Shown: piece by piece, positions 35,812-50,162 of the stretch | How the letters are laid out: the number at the start of each line of letters is the position of its first letter | Position numbering within the stretch: position 1 is the stretch's first letter | NCBI RefSeq assembly: GCF_018977255.1 | Contig: NW_024704743.1 | Location: 54,314,001 to 54,378,000, forward strand | Length of the DNA: 64,000 nucleotides | Reading direction: 5' to 3' | Source: Callorhinchus milii | Taxonomy: Eukaryota | Made by a program: the position numbers and the translations under genes | The notes under the pieces: model-generated | Told to the model about the DNA's origin: nothing | Seen by the model: only the letters and a program-made list of their open reading frames with translations | Database searches by the model: none

Positions 35812-38800
35812 TATATCACATGCAAGGATTATTATTATTATTATTCTTAGATAGAGAAGGGTGAGGTGGAGGGATAGAGGGAATGTGTTCCAGAAGTTAG
35901 GGGCGTAGTGACTTAAGACTTGGCCACCGATGCTGGCGCCAGTCAATCATCAACAGCACAGCAATTTTGGGACAATAGCTTGTGAGATGCCAAATATTAC
36001 TATAACTTCAGACTGCGTTTCAATCACTGCACCTTGTCTGCTTTTCACTCAGGCAGGACAAGACTTGTAAATTGGACAGCAGTACAAATAATTCATGATT
36101 GAGGGATCATTTGCAATAAACATATTATAAAAGTGGAATACTTGTGAAATAAATTGACAAGGAAAGTTTTTGAGGCAAAATGGTTGAAGAAGCAAACAGA
36201 ATAATTTCTGGAGTGAGGGAGGAGAAAGATTAATGATGAGAAAGGGGAAGGTGCAGTTCAGAATTAAAAGCGGGCTGGTTTGTTGATTCTAATGAATTCT
36301 CCTGTTACTACAAATTGTTATGTTGTTACTTATTTAAGTGGATGTTATCACCAATGGTCTCCGACAGAGCCAGGTAAATAGGGAAATTAGCATTTAGTAT
36401 TTTTAAATATGCTTTGCATTATTAACACACCATGAAGAAATATTCCTTTAAACTGCCCTGTGTAAATAAACCTTTACAGTAAACTCACGGCTTATCGGAT
36501 ACTAGGTACCTGGAATTCAAACGTAGGAGCCACTTAGACTCCTAACCATTTGTAACTACACTTAGCTGGAAATTCCGGTTCACCGGAACTTATCTCTCTC
36601 TCCCATTAGTCCAACTAGCCAAGTGTACTTTTAAAAACCATAAAAAGCATGGCACGAAAAATGGATTCATTAATACATATGTGGAACCCTCAGTCTGATT
36701 TGGATACTTTTAAGCATGGTGATGTGTTTCTGCTTGTGTTACACACCCTTCTGACAAAAACAACATGATCCACAAATTTGATCTTTTTAAATACAAAAGT
36801 GGATTTACTGTCAGGATACACCTAAATCACACTTCCTTCCCAGGAGCAACTAATTTGCGGTATTCATTCATCAGGAAGCAAACAAAAGTGTTTGATGAAT
36901 CATTTGAACTTAAGTTTTCTTGTAGCAGAAATAAAAACAGAGTGAAACTCACTTGGCAACAGAAAACAATTAACATTTTTTGTCAGCAGCAGCCATTGAG
37001 CTAGCCAGTTGTCTAGAATATAATGCATTTCTCTTGTGATTATTGTGCGTATGTAATGTATTAAAGAATGTTTTGTTCTTTAGCAATAGGCCAATTTCAT
37101 GCATTTCAAATAACTTTGAACCCTGGTAATATATTGCAATACTTTGGTGGTTTTCTAGTCTACTATATATGCATATGTGAAATTTCACTTAACTTTAATA
37201 CGTCACCCAAATAATCATCTTTCTCTGAAGAGTACAAGTGCCCCATATTGCTCAAGTACCCTTTCCCCAAAATTCATTCTTGAAAAATAATAAAACTTTG
37301 ATGAATCTAAAATCATTTGGAAATAATTGTTTTTTCTGCATCTGACTGCTGGGTTTGAATTCTGTCAATTCTTGATGTTAACAAGCTGCAGTTTACTGTC
37401 CAAGGAACCACTATAAGCAGCAGTATTGGGAACCTGGATCAAACAATATTTAATTTCAGCTGTTGCTGCTTTTAGACATTAATATCTGTCTCTTGGGGTG
37501 TCTGAGAAGTAGTTGTTCTTATCAGAGATTATTTTCAATTTGGCACAGAGGAATCTTCTTCCACTGACGCAAAGCTTTGAGAAGCTCTTGCAATGTAGAG
37601 AATAATATCTTATAACTATTATATCCAGGCTTGTGATTGATCTCTCATTCATTTCTTATTCTCCCTTTTTAAGAACTGCGGAAAACTGACTTACAAACTG
37701 AAATAAATACAAGAATTTTCCACAATTCTGCTCAAACTTGAAAGTTAAGATAAAATGGTCTGACCAGCTCAACCAAGATGGAAATTTAAGCCACTGCACT
37801 TGCTAGCTGGATATAGAGTTTATGCGAGGTCTGGAGTAAACTGAATTTATTGTATGGAAAAATTAGCTGAAGGCTTAAGGTGCATACAACAACAACTTGC
37901 ATTTATATAACACCTACATGTAGGGGAACATCTCGGAGCACATGCGTAAGATGCAACCAAGGTTGAAAAATGAAGCCAATACAAAATCAATGAAGCAGTG
38001 TTTGAACACTACTACGTAGGATTTAAAGAGCTGGCAGATTTGGGGAGGAAGGGAAAACTGTGGAAGGTGAAGAGTTCCATGGGGTTGAAGTCCTGGGAGA
38101 CAATGAATTAGAGCAATAGAGTGATGGAGTTCTGGTTTCACTGCAGCAAAGGTTCAGGCATGAAAATGAGATACACTTCCATCCTTAACCAGGTATTCCT
38201 GCCGTATACAGCACTGGCGTAAACAAACTATAACAATTTGCGCTTGTATACAACAAACTAAATCAGAAACGATGATCGTTTCAAAATAATGTTAAATAAA
38301 AGCTTTTCCTTACAAACTCAATAGATTTAACTGAGGCAATATATATATATAATAGATATATACATTTGGCTGCAAAACCAATGTCGCTAGCCTTGAGCTA
38401 AAAATCAAAGATAATTTATAGTAACTGTAATGACTAGCATCTGGAATCTCTGGTCAGACTTGTCACATGACTGTGCTGTTCCTATAAAGAATTGTGCACC
38501 GAGGAGGCTGGCGCCACAACATATGAGAGAATCAACTTAATCGCCTTGCAGGATTGCCAGTTGTGGTTTTGCTGGCATGATCTGAATGAAGCATTTTGGG
38601 AAGGCACTGCTCAACATGGACACCTCACAAGATTGTACAGGTGTTTGCCAACAAATCCAGCATGTAAAAACAGGTACATTTCAGCAACAGGAAAAAAAAA
38701 CCTTGGCGGTGTCAGTAACACCCCTTCTTCTTGTGAACGAAACATTGTCAGAGCCTAAAGCAATTGTAATTACAGCTTTCTGCTAATTTGTTCATAGAAT

Positions 38801-39059
38801 CAAGCAGAACTTTACATGGACGTAACAGACTGAATCAAAGCAACTTCAAAGAGGTACAACATCGCTGCGGTAACATGATTAATTATATTTAATTGACAGA
38901 TTTACATACTCCAATGACAAACATTTAACTTCTAAACTATAATACTAACCACAGTTAAAGCATACAATTTACTAGACAAGGTAAATATGAAATCATTGTG
39001 CTGAATATTAAAGTTGATACACTGTTGTAGTGGACAAAACGCCCAACAGCTCCATCAGT

Positions 39060-39895
39060 CACAAGATCACAAAGATCAAAAAGCCTTTCGGCCCATCTGA
39101 TCTCCTAACTTCCAGAATATCCACCCTACTGTTCTCCCATGACAACACTAAATAACTAGGTTTTAAATGAATCTGGTGTCTTGGCTTCAGCCACCCCTTC
39201 CTGGAAGCTTGTTGCAGTTGTTACCCTTTAGGTAAAGAAAATCTTCCGAGTGTCTGTCCTGTAATTGCCCTCTGCAACTCTAAACCTATGTTCTCTTGTT
39301 CTATTGTCCTTATGCATCCTCAAGTATTGAACTTGGTTTACTTTTTCAATTCCATTTAAAATTTTACACACCTCTATAAAGTCCCCTCAGGCACCTTCTC
39401 TCAAGACTGAAGTGCCCTACTTTATCTGATTCCTCATTCCTGGAGATCATCCTCGTTGCTATCCTCTGCACTGTCTTTAGGGCCAGGAACTGGAACCAGA
39501 ACTGTATGCAATACTCTAGGTATAGCTTGATCAGAACACCATATAACTTGAGAGTAATGTCTGGGGATCTGAACTTAAATGATTTGGCAATATAGCCCGG
39601 CATCCTGTTTGCCTTGCTTGTTGTTGCCTCACACTGTTTTGACATGCTGAGCGATGAGTCAACTAACACCTCAAGATCTTTTTCGGTTTTCCCCCTTGGC
39701 AAGTTCTATCCCATCCATGGAACGCATGGTTTTCTCATTCTTACTTGCTATAAGTTGTACTTTGCATTTATCTGTACTAGACTTTGTTTGCCAGTTTTCA
39801 GCCCATATGCAGATCTTATCAAGTTCTCTTTATAAGAACTTTGCAGCATCTTCTGATTCTACAGTTCCTCCAACTTGGTGTTATTTGCAAATTTT
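39060..39895 (-). mobile_element. CR1 LINE ORF2 C-terminal fragment and 3' end
   Basis: EKDLEVLVDSSLSMSKQCEATTSKANRMPGYIAKSFKFRSPDITLKLYGVLIKLYLEYCIQFW...VQRIATRMI...FSLERRCLRG. Confidence 0.92.
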
Positions 39896-41294
39896 ACTCC
39901 CAGTGTCTGGGCCAACAATCCTCCAGATAAACTGTTCATTCTCCTCAAGGTTGAGGGTTATGGGACCTTCCTGCATCCAAAATGACTACTATATTTGTTT
40001 ACAAGTATGCAGTCAGTGTGCTTGATAACAAGTGTGAAGCTCTTTAAGATATTTTGACAATATAGTCACTGTATCAAATGCAAGGATTGTTATCATTACT
40101 CCTCCAGGTCCAACTGATGGATCAGACAGGCTGATTAATCATTAAACCCTGGAGTACTGTGGACAAGGCTAGCTCAGATATCAGACTTTTGTATCGGCAA
40201 CAATATATTTTAAAAATGGGAATGAGAAACTAGAAATTTATAGCATTTCATAACACGATATCACTAGGAACATTATCACATAATCACATGTTGCATTGTC
40301 ATTTTAATCCTCTGCAAGTTTACAGTATTGCACCAAAATAATAAGAAATATTGAAATGAAAAATATTGAAGGCAGTTGAGGGATGTGTGACACTTCTGGT
40401 CTGAAAACTGCAGTTAAATGTTTCATAATATCCTTGATTGTTAGCCTTAAAGGGTTTGCTAAATGAAATGTGCTTGGGCTGCAGTTCTGAATGGGCTGTC
40501 GCAATGTTAATGTGTCCTTTTAAAAACAGGATACCTTCCCACATGTTTTGTGCAAGCTGCAGCTTGTGCCCTGACACGTGAATGTAATAGTCTCTATCTT
40601 TCTGCAAACTCCTAACACTAACTGAAGATTGCTGTTAGCTGAGAAACCACTTACTTAGCCAATTATTAGGGGCATGTCCAATCAACTTTATCCATCACAA
40701 TTTTCCTTCAGTGCTATTGTCTATCACCCGGTGTGGTATTTAGGCTCATAAAGCTGTGGGTTATAACCGTGTAATATATAAAACAGAAATTAGAAAATAG
40801 AAAACCATTTTCCTTTCAAATTAAATGTTAGATTTATAACGCAACGCATCTCTTGATGGTTTTTCTCTACGAATAAATATAACAGTGAATCAATGATTTT
40901 TTTCATCCTTTGCTGAGAGCTACAATTTCCTGATGTAGCTCCTGTCAGTGCAATTATATCATTTCATTGGTTAAAATTGAGAACATCCGCAAGCAGTGCA
41001 TCTGAGAATTCATAGGTACATAATTTATGTATTTGTGAATAGGTAAAATGCAAACCACATGTAGCGTTATGACAGGAAAGGCCAGACTCAAGGTATAAAA
41101 TGGGACACTTAGAACAGACATTGTAGAAAGTACCACTTGTTGTGAACAACATCAAATTGGAGTTACTTTTATATGAAAAGTGGAAACATTAGTTATGCTG
41201 AAGAAATAAATGCACTGGTCGAAGAATAGGTGGAAGTTTTGACTTATATATCAAAAATCTTTTTGCAAGCAATTATTAAAACTGTTTATGTAGG

Positions 41295-41572
41295 CAATGG
41301 AGCAATTGCTTGAACCAGGAAGATACCACAAACAGCACTGAGTAGAACGAGCAACTTGGAAGATTGTTGGCTAGGACACAGGGAGAAACTGGGATTTCAA
41401 TCATGGGATCTCTCTTACATCATCTCAGTCAAACATGAGAGCACTTCTAACATTCAGCATTCCTCCAAAATTCAAATTGCCAACTAGAACTGGGAACTCA
41501 AGTTTCTATCTGGGAATTGAACCCACAAAATTCCCACCCAAGTCAAGAGACCTACCAACTGAGTCAAGCTCA
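41295..41572 (-). mobile_element. Degraded Deu-domain SINE with tRNA head
   Basis: cacaaacagc...ggctaggacacagggagaaact...gggaattgaacccac...ctaccaactgagtcaagc. Confidence 0.6.
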
Positions 41573-43334
41573 CACCTGAGACTGTTTAAAACATGAACAT
41601 GTTTGTGGTAAGTAATAATGTCTCACAAGCAAAATGTAAATAGAATAAAAGGTCAATGAAGTTGTGTGTGTGTGAATATCAGGAATACATAGAGTAATAT
41701 TGATAATGCATTGACATTTCTCTTACAATGGCTTTCAGGTGAATCTGAGGGTCTTAAGGGCGGTGAGATACATTGGGGGACTGGAGATATGACCCACAGT
41801 GTTCAGTGTATCACTGAGAGAGATGACCAGCTGCAAATAACAATGATTTTCATATCGTTGCAAAAACATATATGAGCCAATAAGCCTGTGAACCAATCCA
41901 ACAAATATGAAACTTACCTTGTACCTATCAGGGGATACAAGGATACAGTTGAGGGGATTAGGAAGGGTTTGGGGACTTCTGTGGAGTATAAACACCAGCA
42001 CAGACCAGTTGGACTGAATGATCTGTTTCACATCACTTTATTTAACTTTATGTGTCATGCAGTTTCCACAGCTTGGATTTCACATGATCAACATTTAAAA
42101 ACAAAATGCTTTTGCTCGCTTTGTAGATCACTCTGCTTTCTTCACGCTCTGAACCAGAGAACACTTTGATCATGGTCAACACTGCTCCATGTGCAGCCTT
42201 GTTCACGTCATGTTTATGCTGCAGTCACTGCTGCCGGCCCCAGACCTGCCCTGCCCTCAGCTGCAGTGTAACAGATGTGATAGCACTGCCTCTGGAGGCA
42301 TTGACCCCTGCAGCTACATGTGGGACTATTTACCTCTGGAACTAGCAGTGCTAGAAGCAGCAAGACTTCCAACGATGATGGTCACCAACATGTTCCATTT
42401 GTGGCTTTGCTGAGCGTTCACAATTCATTTCGCCTTTGGGATTCACAACTCTGGGACTCTGTGTATGTGGGAGTTTCCATGTGCACAGTTGTTTCTGTGT
42501 GAAACACCACACAACGCAGTGTGAATGAGATGGTTTCAACAGCACCAGCAGCCTCAGGGTTAATAGTGTCTTTCACAGATTATGGCAAAGAAGTGCTTTA
42601 TGATGATTGGGTCAGACACTGACCATAACCCTTCCTAATCTTAAAGACCTTTACCAGGTCATCATTTACAACCACAACAATTTACCTTAACATGGTGCTT
42701 TTCACATCAGGCAGACATCTTAAAGTGTTTCACACAATTCGCTGGGAACCTGAGCAGGGGAGGGAAAAGGTAGTTGAAGAGAGAGACCTTCTCAGCTCTA
42801 GTGAAAACAGCCTCCATTCTCAATTCTCCCTTTAGGACTGAACCCCCTCATCTCTGATAACAATCTTATCAATGTCTGCTGCACCTTTTCTATTCATTTT
42901 ATATCCTTCCTAGATTGGAGCTCCCAAAACTCTATATAATACTGGGCTGACCAAAATCTTGTACAAGTTCATTATTATCTCCTTATTTGTTTTTGTATTC
43001 TGTGTCTCTAGATATAAAACCAAGGATTCCATTTCCCTTTTATTCTTTACAACTTCTCCTCCATCTGTATTAACCTGTGCATCTGTACACCCAGCTTTCT
43101 CTGTTGCTGGACTGCATTCAAAATTTTGCAGCTTAACTTTCCCTATTCATTCTATAATAATTTATTATTACACATTTTTTCTATTCTTATTAGCTGCCTA
43201 CGTGAGACCTAACAAAATGCACTCAATAAAAGAGTTCAAGTGACAAACAGCACCTCTGGTACAGCTGCTGGTGATCATCTGCTTCAAATGTTCTCATCCA
43301 CAGTGTGGCCAGCAGCTGTGAACATCACTCATGC

Positions 43335-43640
43335 ATTGTAGGAGGTGTTGTCCTTTGGATGAGACGTAAACCGAGATCCTGTCTGCCTGTTCAGGTGGGT
43401 GTTAAAGATCCTATGGCGCTATTCAAAAAGAGAAGGGAGTTTCTTCCAGTGTCCCGGCCAACAATCCCCCAAATAAAATAGGTTATTCCCTTCATGACTG
43501 TTTAGTAGGACATTGCTGTGTGCAAATTAACTGCTGCGTTCACAAGCAAATGTAGAATTTACGGTAAAATTCTGTGAAATGCTTTGAGATGCTTCGGCGA
43601 GCTAGTAAGCCGCTATATCAAATGCAAGGATTATTATTAA
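43335..43640 (+). mobile_element. Deu-domain SINE (5'-truncated)
   Basis: ggaggtgttgtcctttggatgagacgtaaaccgagatcctgtctgcctgttcaggtgggtgttaaagatcctatggc...gcaaggattattatt. Confidence 0.9.
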
Positions 43641-43869
43641 ATAGTGAGGAGGATATCATCCGAGTATACTCCCAGTCGGATATTCTGTATGTCCTCAGTG
43701 AATTTGGACCACCATATGATAAGCAATGGTAGATGGTAATTTAGTGAAGTATCATAGAATCATAGAAATTTATAGTGGAGAAGGAGGCCATTCCATTCAC
43801 CAATAACAACTTGCATTTATACAACATCTTTCACACAGGATAGCATCTCGGAGGGCAAGCCCTAGAGGT

Positions 43870-44290
43870 AGTGTGGAGGAGAGCAATGAGGATGATCCCC
43901 AGTATTAGAGGAGTAAGCTATGAGCAATGATTATTCAAGTTGGGGCTCTTCAGATTGAAGAGAAGATGACTCAGATGAGTCCTCATAGAAATGTACAAAA
44001 TTTTAAATGGGATTGAAAAAGTGAATGCGTGTCAATGCATACTGCGTCTGCACCAGCTCTCAGAACAAGGTACACATTCAATCGCACTGCTATGTCTTAT
44101 CTATATATCCCTTCAAGCTTCTAACTTTCATACACCTCTCTATTTCCCTCTTGAAACACTCAATGGACTCTGATTCAACCATATTATTTGGCAGGGCATT
44201 CCACATCCCAACAACTCTCAGAGGAAACAAATTCTGCTAAGCTCCATTTTTGCTCTTCTTGTGGCCATCTTAAATCTATGTCCGTCACTG
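43870..44290. mobile_element. Two CR1 fragments in opposite orientation
   Basis: Plus-strand gatgatccccagtattagaggagtaagctatgag...MYKILNGIEKV; minus-strand ggcagggcattccacatcccaacaactctc (rc RVVGMWNALP). Confidence 0.7.
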
Positions 44291-44736
44291 ACTCAAAACC
44301 TGGGCTAATTGCTGTGCTCAATTGGCTGCTGCATTTCTCCCACAAAATACACTGTCATGACACTTTACAGTATATTCTGTGAAGCACTTTGTGACGTTTC
44401 AACATCATAATATGGCGCTAGATCAAATGCAAGGATTATTATTATTATAATATCTTAGAGGTTCAGATCCTGTCATTTCAATCCTGTGTAATTTCAATTC
44501 AGAAATTTAGCACCAGGAGAAATGACCAAAAAACTGCTGGATTGTTGTAAAAACGCAATTGCTTCAGTAATTGGTTCAATCTGACTTACTTACCCAATCT
44601 GACTTACGCAGTCCCACACTGCAACAGTAGCTCTTAGCAGTCTGTGAAATAGTCACTCAGTTAAGGCAACAAATGCTGGCCCTACCAATGTTAACCAAAT
44701 CCTGGGATGAGTAAATACAAGAATATAGTAAAAATA

Positions 44737-45095
44737 ATAATAAAATAATAATCCTTGGATTTGATATAGTGCCTTAGCATGTTGTTGAGCAATCTCAAAG
44801 TGTTTCACAGTATACACCATAAAGTGGTGTGACTGTATATATTTTGTGGGCAAATGAGGCAGCCAATTTGCACACAGCAATGTCCCACAAACAGCAATGG
44901 AGTAAGTGACCAATTTTATTTGGGGAATGTTGGCCAGGACATCGGAAAAAACTCCCCTTTTCGAATAGTGCCACGGTATCTTTAACACCCACTTGAACAG
45001 GTAAACAGGACCTCGGCTTAATGTCTCATCCAAAGGATGGCATCTCCGACAATGCAGCACACCCCCCAGCACTGTATTGGAGTATCAGTATGGGC
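44737..45095 (-). mobile_element. Deu-domain SINE
   Basis: Reverse complement of the 43335-43640 and 57940-58372 bodies. Confidence 0.9.
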
Positions 45096-45177
45096 TACAT
45101 GGGTTCCAAGTAAGTGTATACAGCTCACTAAACGCCAATGCAATGGGTTCTACCACTGCACATCACTCCTCACTGGA

Positions 45178-45760
45178 TATAAGAACAGAATCAGATGTAT
45201 TAGGAAAGAAAAGCCATTACACCCAGCAGCCTTATTCCTTTTTAATAGTTCACCCATAGGTGCCTTCTTATAACATACCACAAATCTCTGTCACCTGAAA
45301 TATATCTAGATGCCTGTTGAACCCATTTATATTGAACACATGAATTGCTTTTCCTGACAATTTATTCCATAAGTTTATCATGTGTTGTGTAACAAGGTTC
45401 TGCTTAACTGCTTAACAGTTTTCTTGGATCAACTTTATCATTTTCCTTCATAATCTTGAAAATTTCTATCAGCTCGCTTCATGGAATTTCTCTTTTGCAA
45501 AGAAACAAGTCTAACTTCCTTAAACTTTCTTCATAACTTAGATTCTTAAGAGCTGGTATTATCTTGGTTATTAGTGTCTGTACCATCTCAAGGGCAATAA
45601 TATACTTCCTAAAATGAGGTGACTGAAATGACATACAGTATTTTAGACGAGATGTCTTTTACAGCAGCAATATAACCTATTTTGATTTGCACTCTAGCCA
45701 TGTGCTAATGCAACCCAGTATCCCATTTGCCATTTTTACTCCATGTTCCCACCTACTGTC
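45178..45760 (-). mobile_element. Degraded CR1 fragment
   Basis: ataagaacagaa tail, tgactgaaatgacatacagtattttag (rc LKYCMSFQS) and tgcaacccagtatcccatttgc (rc ANGILGC). Confidence 0.65.
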
Positions 45761-46464
45761 AAATGTAGTGCCTTTGTATTTTTAGGCAAATGCAGCAGTG
45801 AATTTTCACAGCAACTTCCCACCAACAGCAATGAAGCGACTGACCAATTTATCTAATTGGCCAGGACATTGGGAAAAAGTCCCTCTTTTCAGTAGTGTCA
45901 TCTATTCTTGGATGACCCCTGAAGAGGCAAACATTCCTCCAATGTTTTAATGTTTCTACTTCTCAGGAGTCATAATTCCTCAACATATCTTCAATAATCC
46001 TGAGATTATTTTCTGATCACCTTGTTACATGTGTGCACTATTCCACTTATTACATATTTCTTCCTCTAGTTCCATGTTCCCACACTAATTATATTATATA
46101 TACAGCATATATATATATATCCATATTCATCCACAGCTGGTACACATGAACCCAGCTAACGAAAATATTCTGTTTTGTCTGAATCCGATTGAATTTTCTC
46201 TCATGATTTACTCTTCCTATTTTGATATCTACAGATTTCAACATTCTTTGGGAAGATGTATGACAAAGTTATTGATGTATATAAAAAGTAACACAGGTCC
46301 TATGGTTGGCCTCTGAAACACCCTGCTTGTAACTCTTTTGTAGCTAGATTCCTGTTTTCTAAATAAATTTTCAATCTATACTTTACCACCATATCTTAAT
46401 TTAGCCTAGAATCATAGCCTATAACTGCCATGTGTAAGACGAACTGCCAGGTTTCAGTCTAGAA

Positions 46465-46716
46465 AAGACTCTGTCTGCCTGTTCTTATGAATGCTAAAGA
46501 TCCCATGGCACTATTCAAAAAGAGAAGGGAGTTTCTCCCAATGTATTGGCCAACAATCCCCCAAATTAAATTGGTCATTCACTTCATGACTGTTGGTGGA
46601 TCATTGCTGTGCTCAAATTGGCTGCTGCATTCACCTAAACAATATTTACACTTTACGGTAAATTCTGATACATCTTCCAAATGTGAAAGGCACTGTATCA
46701 CATGCAAGGATTTTTT
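46465..46716 (+). mobile_element. Deu-domain SINE fragment
   Basis: aaagatcccatggcactattcaaaaagagaagggagtttctccc...atgcaaggatt. Confidence 0.85.
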
Positions 46717-47373
46717 TTAAAGATTGTCAAATACATTCAGAACATGTATAACATGTGCTGCATTACCATAACAGTAATATCTTCAGAAATGTCCATCAGT
46801 TTAGACATGATCCCTGCTTTCCTGAATCCACGCTGATTGTCTTTTAACGTGTCATGCTTTTCCAAGTGTTAGCTGTCTAACAAACTTGATTGTCAGTAAA
46901 TTTACTAACTTTGGCAAAGTGAGATTTAGGCACAAAAATTGTGTTAAAGTTAAAAAGGCAGTTTTACAGTTCTTGGTAAGTGAAGATATATGACTTTGAA
47001 CATGGCATTGGACTAACAGCTTGTGCATTAGACTGTTGATTAACGAGATAATGACTGAAATACACAAACAACTTATAAAGCTGAATAAAGCTGACATTTG
47101 TGAATGTACGGTCGGCTTCTTGCTCTGACCATTAAGAATGTTACCAGAGGTGGAGTTTTTTGCAGCTTAGAGTGTTGATGGTTGTTACATAAGAAGCAAA
47201 GTGCTCACTCTCTGTCCTTAAGTGTGGACACTGATGGTGCTACCTGTGGAACAGTACATCCTAGACATTTCATATCTCAGTTGCACAACAAAACATAATA
47301 GGCATTAAAAATCTATATCCTTGATTCTCGAGTTGAATTGAAAGTTGAGGCCAAGTTGGCCTAAAATTCCAAT

Positions 47374-47472
47374 TTTGTGGAAAATTCTTAAATTCAGTCT
47401 TTGTTTGGGAGCCGATTGATTTTAAGAACAACGGCTGGGAAATGAAGACTAAGTTCAAGAAATTTCCATAAA
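47374..47472. mobile_element. Palindromic MITE-like core, same family as 1233-1352
   Basis: tttgtggaaaattcttaaattcagtctttgtttgggagccg pairs with cggctgggaaatgaagactaagttcaagaaatttccataaa. Confidence 0.55.
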
Positions 47473-48082
47473 TCTGCATGAACTTAAATCGTAAGGCAAA
47501 ATTGTGTTACAGGCTTCGATGAGGTGAAATTTAAGACCTCATATTCCCAGGAAAAAAAATATTCAGAATCAGTCCGATGGTTAAGGAAAGGATTTTTGGG
47601 AGTGTTTTTTTGTTCTCAGCAGGAGTGTTTCTGACGCAGGCGTGTATATTGCTGCCAAATCTAATGACCTTGCAGAAGAGCACAAGGGTCTATGATGCAG
47701 CTCTGGCTGCTAATGCTATTGCTCAGTGGTTGGGAGTAAGCCAGCACTAGCACCTGCTCCAATGCCACCATCTCTGACACTACTACAAACCCCTCCCCTC
47801 CCGTGCCATATACACTGAATTTCTGAGGATCATCCTATTTCTCTGCTCTGCTTCTCAAAGTCAATTTATTTACATCAGAATATTCAGATGGCCATATAAA
47901 AGCTGATTTGCAGGTGGGTGAGCTCTCTGCCACACTAATAATATACTTGCAGTGGACACATTATACCTTACATTCATACTCTATCTGAATTATAATACAT
48001 TGGTAGACAACATGTTGATTTGTACATCTTGTTTCCAGTAAGTGGACATTGGCAATTGCAGGAATGATGTCAACTAAAAGGA

Positions 48083-48200
48083 TTATAATAATAATAATCC
48101 TTGCATTTGATATAGCGCTTTTCACGTCTTCTAGACGTCTGAAAGCGCTTCACAGATTATACTGTAAAGTGAATTCACTGTATATTTTGTGGGCGAAAAT
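48083..48200 (-). mobile_element. SINE 3' fragment
   Basis: ataataataatccttgcatttgatatagcgcttttcacg...tttgtgggcgaa. Confidence 0.88.
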
Positions 48201-49823
48201 ATAAGATTTCTATTTATCTTTAGATTTCTAGATAACTTCAAACAATTGCTTATTTTAGATGTTTGGAGAGGAAAGATATGAAACAATATACAAAAAGAGA
48301 AGGGATTTGGGATTAGAATTGGTTTCTTCAGTGGATCAGGTAGCACAATTTAAGTTCAATTAGTCTGCTGTAATTTCTAGGATTCTATGAATGTAGACAT
48401 AATAGTTTTTACTGGCAATATTACAGATTGTCTTACCATCCAGTTTTCTCTGCATGTGACTAATGAAGTTCTTCCTGAAGTAAAACAAACAAATCCATAT
48501 AGATTTACTTGAGGATGTTATTGATGAACTTTGTAAAAGTGTTTGTCTGCAAAATTGTAAATGGGCATTTTGCCCAGAAAAATATACTGTATATTCTGTA
48601 AAGTGCTCTGAGAAGTCTCAAAGACGTGATAAGGTGCTATATCAAATGCAAGGATTATTATTATTAAAATACACAGTCATTACATTGTGAATAGTCAATA
48701 GTTTACAATGTTTCCTGTAAAGATGTCTTTCCGCTGCCATATCAAATGCAAGCATTATTATTATTGTCAGACACAATACAAGTACCATATTTACTCAGTT
48801 CTAAGGCTTTCTTTTACATTTACAAAAAAAAGTTTCCAAAATCATGCAGCACCTTAGAATCAATTTCCAGGTGTAAATTAATTTTATATCCACATCAGAG
48901 AAGCCAACGTGAAGCAAACTCAGATCACAATATCAAGGAGAAAACAGTTGCTTGAGTGCCATGAGGTTGTGTATGATTTTAGAGTAACTGAGCTGGCTGC
49001 GAAGTAAGTATTTATTTTACAGGTTCAGAGTAGAAAGAGAGGCTGGGATGGAAACAAAGAACAAGAAATAAAAGAGGTAAAAGAAAGAAAGTGATCATAA
49101 TAGAGACAGACTGAGAGACTGACAGAAAGCAGGACACAGAGAGAGGAAATGGACAGTGCAAGAGAGGCAGCATGTTAGCGAAAGTCAAATGTACAAAATT
49201 AACATTTATTTTTAATTTTTACTTTTAAAATAAATAGGATAAATGTTTTTTTAAGAACTACAGACAATGACTTCAAAGTTAAAACTGAATTCAACAATTT
49301 GTCAAATTCTGGAAGCTCCAAAATTCAACATAAGTAGACTAAATCTTGATCCAGATGGAATTTCTCCACTCAAATTGAGTTAGATGTTGGATCACAAATG
49401 GCAGCAAATAAAGCTTGACAGGGTATGACCATGGACTCATGACTGGAAAATTAAGTTCAATATAAACAAATGCAAGATTCTGCATTCAGCGAGTAAAACT
49501 GGAAGACATACATACTCCATAGATGGGAAAGAACTTGCCAAGCGGGAAGCTTTGGCAATATACACTTATAACAGGATCCTATAAATGAGGGCACATCATG
49601 AATAGCTGTTACACTTAGAGCAAGCAAAATTTGTTGGGGTGAAGGTGAACAATTACAGCAGAGGAGGAAAAGATGTCAGTGTTTAACAGTGGCGATACGG
49701 CAACGGATAAATATTCATTGCTTGATTATCTTTGGTATTCTGGAAGTGTCTATACAGATGTTGAGGGAATGTGTCCAGCAGATGTTTAGAGAGTGTCTCT
49801 GCAGATGTTCAGGAACTACTAAA

Positions 49824-50162
49824 CTGTGATGTTCAGTGTTTTATACTACACTGTGATATTCAATATTTTACGCTACACTGTGATATTCAATGTTTTACGC
49901 TACACTGTGATGGTCAGTGTTATACACTACACTGTGATGGTCAGTGTTATAAACTACACTGTGATGGTCAGTGTTATACACCACACTGTGATGGTCAGTG
50001 TTATACACTACACTGTAATGGTCAGTGTCTTACACTACACTGTGATATTCAGTGTTTTACACTACACTGTGATGATCAGTGTTTTAAACTACACTGATGT
50101 TTAATGTTTCACGCAACACTAGTGTTTGACACTACATTGTGATGTTGAATGTTTGACACTAA
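49824..50162. repeat. 27-bp minisatellite, about 10 good plus 3 degenerate units
   Basis: Unit ctgtgatggtcagtgttatacactaca. Confidence 0.95.

Noticed and set aside
42334..42391. Possible first coding exon MLVTIIVGSLAASSTASSR ending in phase 1 at gag|gtaaat
   Set aside because: Frame-compatible with the 126-nt exon, but the donor is mediocre and there is no promoter, CpG island or acceptor evidence.
49771..50104. ORFs with (HCDGQCYTL)n or (YTVMVSVIH)n repeats resembling a metal-binding protein
   Set aside because: By-product of a 27-bp repeat being a multiple of 3; no ATG context or splice signals, and two frames are equally open.
49824..50162. CRISPR-like array
   Set aside because: Units are contiguous with no unique spacers, there are no cas genes, and the context is vertebrate.
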